Program-made: the position numbers and the translations under genes
Notes under the pieces: generated by a model
Seen by the model: only the letters and a program-made list of their open reading frames with translations
Told to the model about the DNA's origin: nothing
Databases searched by the model: none
Part shown: piece by piece, positions 59,747-64,000 of the stretch
Position numbering within the stretch: the stretch's first letter is position 1
Layout of the letters: the number at the start of each line of letters is the position of its first letter
Assembly: GCA_009103225.1 (NCBI GenBank)
Contig: RHPI01002272.1
Location: 121,784-185,783 of the forward strand
DNA from: Chlorokybus atmophyticus
Lineage: Eukaryota > Plantae > Mesostigma and Chlorokybus algae
Direction of reading: 5' to 3'
Length of the DNA: 64,000 bases

Positions 59747-62700
59747 TGTTGAAGGACTAGCATGCACATGTAGTTGAGGCAAGCATAGATGCACAGAGAC
59801 AGAGCTACCGCCACCAGAGCATACACAAGTCACATCACATTCATCTATTACAAGTTGTCCGCTGGTTCTTATACCAGCCAGTTACACACACGTCTACGTT
59901 TGCAAGCACTGCGTAAGCTATACTCAGCCTTTTGACGCGCTCTAAGCTGCGTTGTCTTTCTCACAACCAGAGCTTTCCAACAAGCTCTTACACGCCTAAT
60001 ATGAGTAAGTATACGCGGAGATACGAAGCAGTTAGTAAGGCTCCAGTCTGGAGTCCGGAGTCTGGTCCGACGATGCCATCTTGCTAAGTCCGGACCTAGT
60101 GCTCGTCCTTACGACCTTCTACTCCTGTGTGGAGGGTCGATGCTGATCGTATGTAGGAATACTCTCAACACTCCCACGCGAGCAGCTTGACCTCCAACGC
60201 TTGCTCCTGTAGTCAAACACAGATGCCAAGTCCTGCACAACAAGTCTTGAACTTGAGTGGTGACAATGGCTTTGTCATGAAGTCCGCCAGCATGCCCTCA
60301 GTGTTGCAGTACTGGAACTCCACCTCCTTCCTTGTGACTCTGTCACGCACAAAGTGATGCATGACATCAATGTGCTTCGTCCTTGCCGAGGCGATAGGGT
60401 GCTTCAACAACTTGATGGCTCCTTGGTTGTCACAGTTGATGACGATGCACGCCATGGGGTGCTCCAAGTCTGCCATGAGCTTGCGAAGCCAGAGTGCCTC
60501 CTTCACTGCTGCTGCCGCTGCCATGTACTCAGCCTCTGATGTAGATGCTGCTGTTGTTGGCTGCAGCCTGCTGTTCCAGCTCACCACGCCTCCGTTCAGC
60601 TTGAAGACGTAGCCTGTAGTGGACCTCCTGCTGTTGAGGTCACCAGCAAAGTCCGAGTCGCAGTAGCCCTCCAACTCAGTGCTCCCGCTCCCAAACTTGA
60701 TGCCAACTGTTGCGCTCCCAGCAACATAGCGTAGTACTCCCTTTGCTGCTCTCCAGTGCTCCATGCTCGGTGCAGACATGTAGCGAGCAAGTACTCCCAC
60801 AGCATGTGCAACATCGGGACGTGTGCACACTGCCAGATAGAGCATGCTGCCTACCAGCTCACCATATGGATACTGAGCCTTGTCGAGTACCTCCTCATCC
60901 TTTGCCTTGATGAGGGCAGTGCCAAGTGCCAACGGTGTGGTCTTGGTCTTCGCTTCAGTGAGCCCAAACTTGGTGACGAGTCTTCTCACCATCTGCTCCT
61001 GACTGATCTTGATTGTGCGAGCCGCCCTGTCGCGCTCAATCACCATGCCAAGGAACCACTTGGCCTCTCCAAGATCACGAACTGAGAATGCTTGCTGTAG
61101 AGCAAGTTTCGTCTCCTGCAGGTGGTGCACCTGCCTGGCGGTGATGATGATATCATCAACATACACGAGCAGCCAGACCTTGTTGTCTGCATGGATGAAG
61201 AGCCCAGGGTCTGCAGAGGATGCGGTGAAGCCAAGTGCCTCCAGCTCCTTGGTGAGCTTGATGTGCCACATACGCGGTGCCTGTCGCAGCCCGTACAGTG
61301 CCTTGATCAGCTTGCACGCTGTGCCTCTCTCCCCTTCTTCATATCCAGGTGGTTGCTCGATGAAGATCTCCTCCTCCAGCTCTCCGTAGAGGAAGGCAGT
61401 CTTCACATCCAGGTGATGCAGCTCTAGGTCTTCAGCAGCAACCATAGCTAGCAGTGCACGGAAGGTGGTATGCTTACTTGCAGGTGCAAACACTTCGTTG
61501 AAGTCCACACCTTCCTGCTGCAAGAAGCCCTTTGCCACCAGTCTTGCCTTGTAGCGCTCAATGTTGCCCTGACCATCACGCTTCACCTTGAAGACCCATT
61601 TCACTGGAATGGTCTTCACTCCTTGCGGTAACTGCTCCAGTGACCAAGTGTTGTTGGCATGGAGTGACGCAATCTCCTCGTCCATAGCACGCTGCCATTG
61701 CTCCGCATCTGGTGCTAACAATGCCTCCTCGTAGGTGCTTGGCTCCTCATTCTGCACACTGGCGACGTGTGCCTTGTGTAAGAAGTCAGGTGCCTTTCTC
61801 TCCCTCACTGGGTATCTCCGAGCTGCGTGCTCCTGCTGTTGGTACGGCTCCTCTTGGCCTGCTACAGCTGAGTCCTGCTCACCCTTGTTGTTGATGATGG
61901 CCTTGCCTGTAGCCTCCACTATTTCAGGATGCTCCGGCTGTGCTTCATCTTCAGGAAAGAAGCCTGCTTCTGGTTGTGATAATCCTTCGTGGAAAACCAC
62001 CTCTCCGCTCACAATGATCTTCTGAGTGTCCTCGAGCAAGATCCTGTAAGCCTTGGAACCCGGTTCATAGCCAACGAAGATGCCCTTCTTGCTGACCGGC
62101 TCCAGCTTGTGCCTGAGCTGTTTAGGCACTAGTGCATATGCCGTGCATCCAAACACACGCATACCACTCACATCTGGTGTGGCTCCATAGAAGTGCTCCC
62201 ACGGAGTCTTCTGCTCTGAGCTCACCGGAGACCTGTTGCGGATGTAGTTGGCAGTGAGTACCGCCTCCTTCCACAAACTGTCTTCCATCTTTGTGTCGTT
62301 GAGCATGGCTCGAACACGCTCCAAGAGTGTCCTGTTGAGGCGTTCAGCTGCTCCATTCTGCTGCGGGGTGTAGGGTGCCGTTGTCTCGTGGCGTATGCCC
62401 TTGCTGGCGAAGAACTCCTTCAACTCCTTGTTGATGTACTCCCCTCCTCGATCACTCCTCATTGCCTTCATCTTGTTGCCAGACTGGGTCTCCAACAAGG
62501 CCACAACTGTGCGCACAGCTCCAGCAACTTCTGACTTGAGCGTCAATGGAAAGATGATGGACAGCTTGCTGTAGTCGTCGAGGAATGTAGCAAAGTACCT
62601 GGCCCCTCCCTTCGCCACAATGCGCATAGGGCCACAGACATCCATGTGCACAAGCTCGCAAGGATGCTGACTGCTAGAAGAGGATGATGGGAATGGCATA

Positions 62701-64000
62701 GCATGCTGCTTTGCAACCAGGCATGGTTCACAAAGTGCACCTGATGCATTCTTGAGTTCTTCTGTGCTGAGATGGATGCCCTTGACCATCTTCTCAGCGA
62801 CAAGGCGAGTGAGGTTGACGTAGCTGAGATGCCCGAACCTCCGATGCCACAATGTTGGCGACTCCTTGTCCTTCACCACCATGGCTTGAATGTCTCTGTC
62901 TTGAGGCTGCTCCACGTGGTAGAGCCCTCCCGGATCAGCGATTCCAACCATGTGCACGACCCCATCAAGGATGACTGAGCAGCCACCCTTCCGAAATAGG
63001 ATCTCCGCGCCTAAGCGCTCCGCAACCCTCACAGAGAATAGACTCGCAATAGCCTTAGGAACATGCAGGACGTTGCGTAACAACACCTCGCGTAGTGTGT
63101 TACCAACCTTGCACTGGAGTCGTACGTCGCCAACTCCCTCAGCCACCAGTACTTCGCCACCGAAGCCCGCCACCTTGATTGTGGACGTCAGCTTCCTGTA
63201 GCCCTCCATCACCTCCTTGTTTGGTGTGAGATGACGATCGCAGCCAGAGTCCACCACCCAGAAAGCTGTGCCCGCCCTCGAACTGGATGCAGTGAAGGCG
63301 ACATGTTTCTCCTTGTGTTGGTGCTCGTTGCCGCTGTTGCTGGTGCTTGCTCTAGGTTGCCCCTGTTGTTTCTTCCTACAGTCCTTCACAATGTGCCCCT
63401 TCCAACCACACCAGTGGCATGTGAGGTCTTTGTGACGAGGATTGCCTGGCTTGTTGCCCTTGTACTTCTCTTCATGGTTGCTCTTCTTTGCGTGCTTGCC
63501 GGTGTAGAAGGCGACGGCATCCGCTTGCTCGTCCTTCTTCACAACCCTCTGCTCCACGGTGAGCAGCTTCGGTAGCACATCGTCCAACGTCAACTCCGAT
63601 GATGACGTCTCCAGCAGGGTTGCGACGACCTCGTACTCTGCTGGTAGCCCTGCAACAATGGCCAGCACTACCTCCGTCTCCCCCATGTTGTGGCCGACGT
63701 TGATGAGGTCCGCCCACAGCTCTCTCGCGCGCGCAACATACTTTGTGATGGGTTCTGCTGCCTCCTTCCTGAGTGCGCTGAGCTGCTTGCGTAGATGCAA
63801 CTTTCTGGCATTGTTCTTGGCTCTGAAAACGGCTGATAGCTTTTCCCAAGCTTGTCTACCATCTTCACATGCAGTGAGCATGGGAAAGTGATGCGGTTTG
63901 CTGTTCAACACAAGCAAAGAGTGTGCTTCTGCTGAATGCTCTGACCACACAGTGTTCGCTCCTGGTGTTGGTGGTGGTGCCTTCGGATCAACGTACTTCC
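59747..64000 (-). mobile_element. Copia-3, apparently intact; 5' end outside window
   Basis: 3' LTR at 59747-60170 and PPT-adjacent ctcccacgcg. Left flank ATACT. Confidence 0.96.
60213..64000 (-). CDS. pol: Copia Gag-Pol polyprotein (Gag, CCHC, protease, integrase, RT, RNase H), 5'-partial
   Basis: Uninterrupted frame of more than 1245 aa. CHWCGWKGHIVKDC, VVDSG, HMDVCGP/RSDRGGE/QNGAAER, YVDD, YCDSD/EAEY/CDNQ. TGA at 60213-60215. Confidence 0.97.
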   Translation of the reverse strand, partial: KYVDPKAPPPTPGANTVWSEHSAEAHSLLVLNSKPHHFPMLTACEDGRQAWEKLSAVFRAKNNARKLHLRKQLSALRKEAAEPITKYVARARELWADLINVGHNMGETEVVLAIVAGLPAEYEVVATLLETSSSELTLDDVLPKLLTVEQRVVKKDEQADAVAFYTGKHAKKSNHEEKYKGNKPGNPRHKDLTCHWCGWKGHIVKDCRKKQQGQPRASTSNSGNEHQHKEKHVAFTASSSRAGTAFWVVDSGCDRHLTPNKEVMEGYRKLTSTIKVAGFGGEVLVAEGVGDVRLQCKVGNTLREVLLRNVLHVPKAIASLFSVRVAERLGAEILFRKGGCSVILDGVVHMVGIADPGGLYHVEQPQDRDIQAMVVKDKESPTLWHRRFGHLSYVNLTRLVAEKMVKGIHLSTEELKNASGALCEPCLVAKQHAMPFPSSSSSSQHPCELVHMDVCGPMRIVAKGGARYFATFLDDYSKLSIIFPLTLKSEVAGAVRTVVALLETQSGNKMKAMRSDRGGEYINKELKEFFASKGIRHETTAPYTPQQNGAAERLNRTLLERVRAMLNDTKMEDSLWKEAVLTANYIRNRSPVSSEQKTPWEHFYGATPDVSGMRVFGCTAYALVPKQLRHKLEPVSKKGIFVGYEPGSKAYRILLEDTQKIIVSGEVVFHEGLSQPEAGFFPEDEAQPEHPEIVEATGKAIINNKGEQDSAVAGQEEPYQQQEHAARRYPVRERKAPDFLHKAHVASVQNEEPSTYEEALLAPDAEQWQRAMDEEIASLHANNTWSLEQLPQGVKTIPVKWVFKVKRDGQGNIERYKARLVAKGFLQQEGVDFNEVFAPASKHTTFRALLAMVAAEDLELHHLDVKTAFLYGELEEEIFIEQPPGYEEGERGTACKLIKALYGLRQAPRMWHIKLTKELEALGFTASSADPGLFIHADNKVWLLVYVDDIIITARQVHHLQETKLALQQAFSVRDLGEAKWFLGMVIERDRAARTIKISQEQMVRRLVTKFGLTEAKTKTTPLALGTALIKAKDEEVLDKAQYPYGELVGSMLYLAVCTRPDVAHAVGVLARYMSAPSMEHWRAAKGVLRYVAGSATVGIKFGSGSTELEGYCDSDFAGDLNSRRSTTGYVFKLNGGVVSWNSRLQPTTAASTSEAEYMAAAAAVKEALWLRKLMADLEHPMACIVINCDNQGAIKLLKHPIASARTKHIDVMHHFVRDRVTRKEVEFQYCNTEGMLADFMTKPLSPLKFKTCCAGLGICV

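Noticed and set aside
24284-63891. Many short antisense or alternate-frame ORFs recurring in the Copia and Gypsy copies
   Set aside because: They recur only because the parent element is repeated and have no independent motifs.

Overview
Eukaryotic, intron-containing DNA, most likely from a green alga or other green-lineage organism. This is inferred from GT-AG introns of about 80-200 nt, TTAGGGTTT telo-boxes and algal-type retroelements. (1) 1-18.5 kb is a host region with one N gap (7195-7670), an intronless membrane-anchored ORF (1679-2365, -) and an NLR locus on the minus strand. The N-terminal half of the NLR (TIR-TIR-NB-ARC-TPR) looks intact and can be spliced in frame to a second TIR-NB-ARC-LRR module that carries nonsense and frameshift lesions. 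(2) 18.5-64 kb is a transposon nest. A decayed CACTA transposase (CACTA-A) is interrupted by Copia-1 (23677-57895). Copia-1 contains an intact chromovirus-type Gypsy (27266-33312, TSD TTGTG) and Copia-2 (33788-57020, TSD CTGCT). Copia-2 contains a solo LTR (53703-54082, TSD CCAGG) and a fully bounded 17,847-bp CACTA-superfamily element, CACTA-B (35581-53427, CACCG termini, 3-bp TSD GAC). CACTA-B is the best candidate for an undescribed system. Besides TnpD- and TnpA-like genes it carries a phage/actinobacterial-type C5 cytosine DNA methyltransferase, an NSD-type PHD-C5HCH histone reader, a Ulp1 SUMO protease and an OTU deubiquitinase joined to a retrotransposon Gag capsid-like domain. The window ends with a PHD-bearing Gypsy integrase tail interrupted by an intact Copia-3. 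All domain calls come from reading motifs by eye; no database searches were run.
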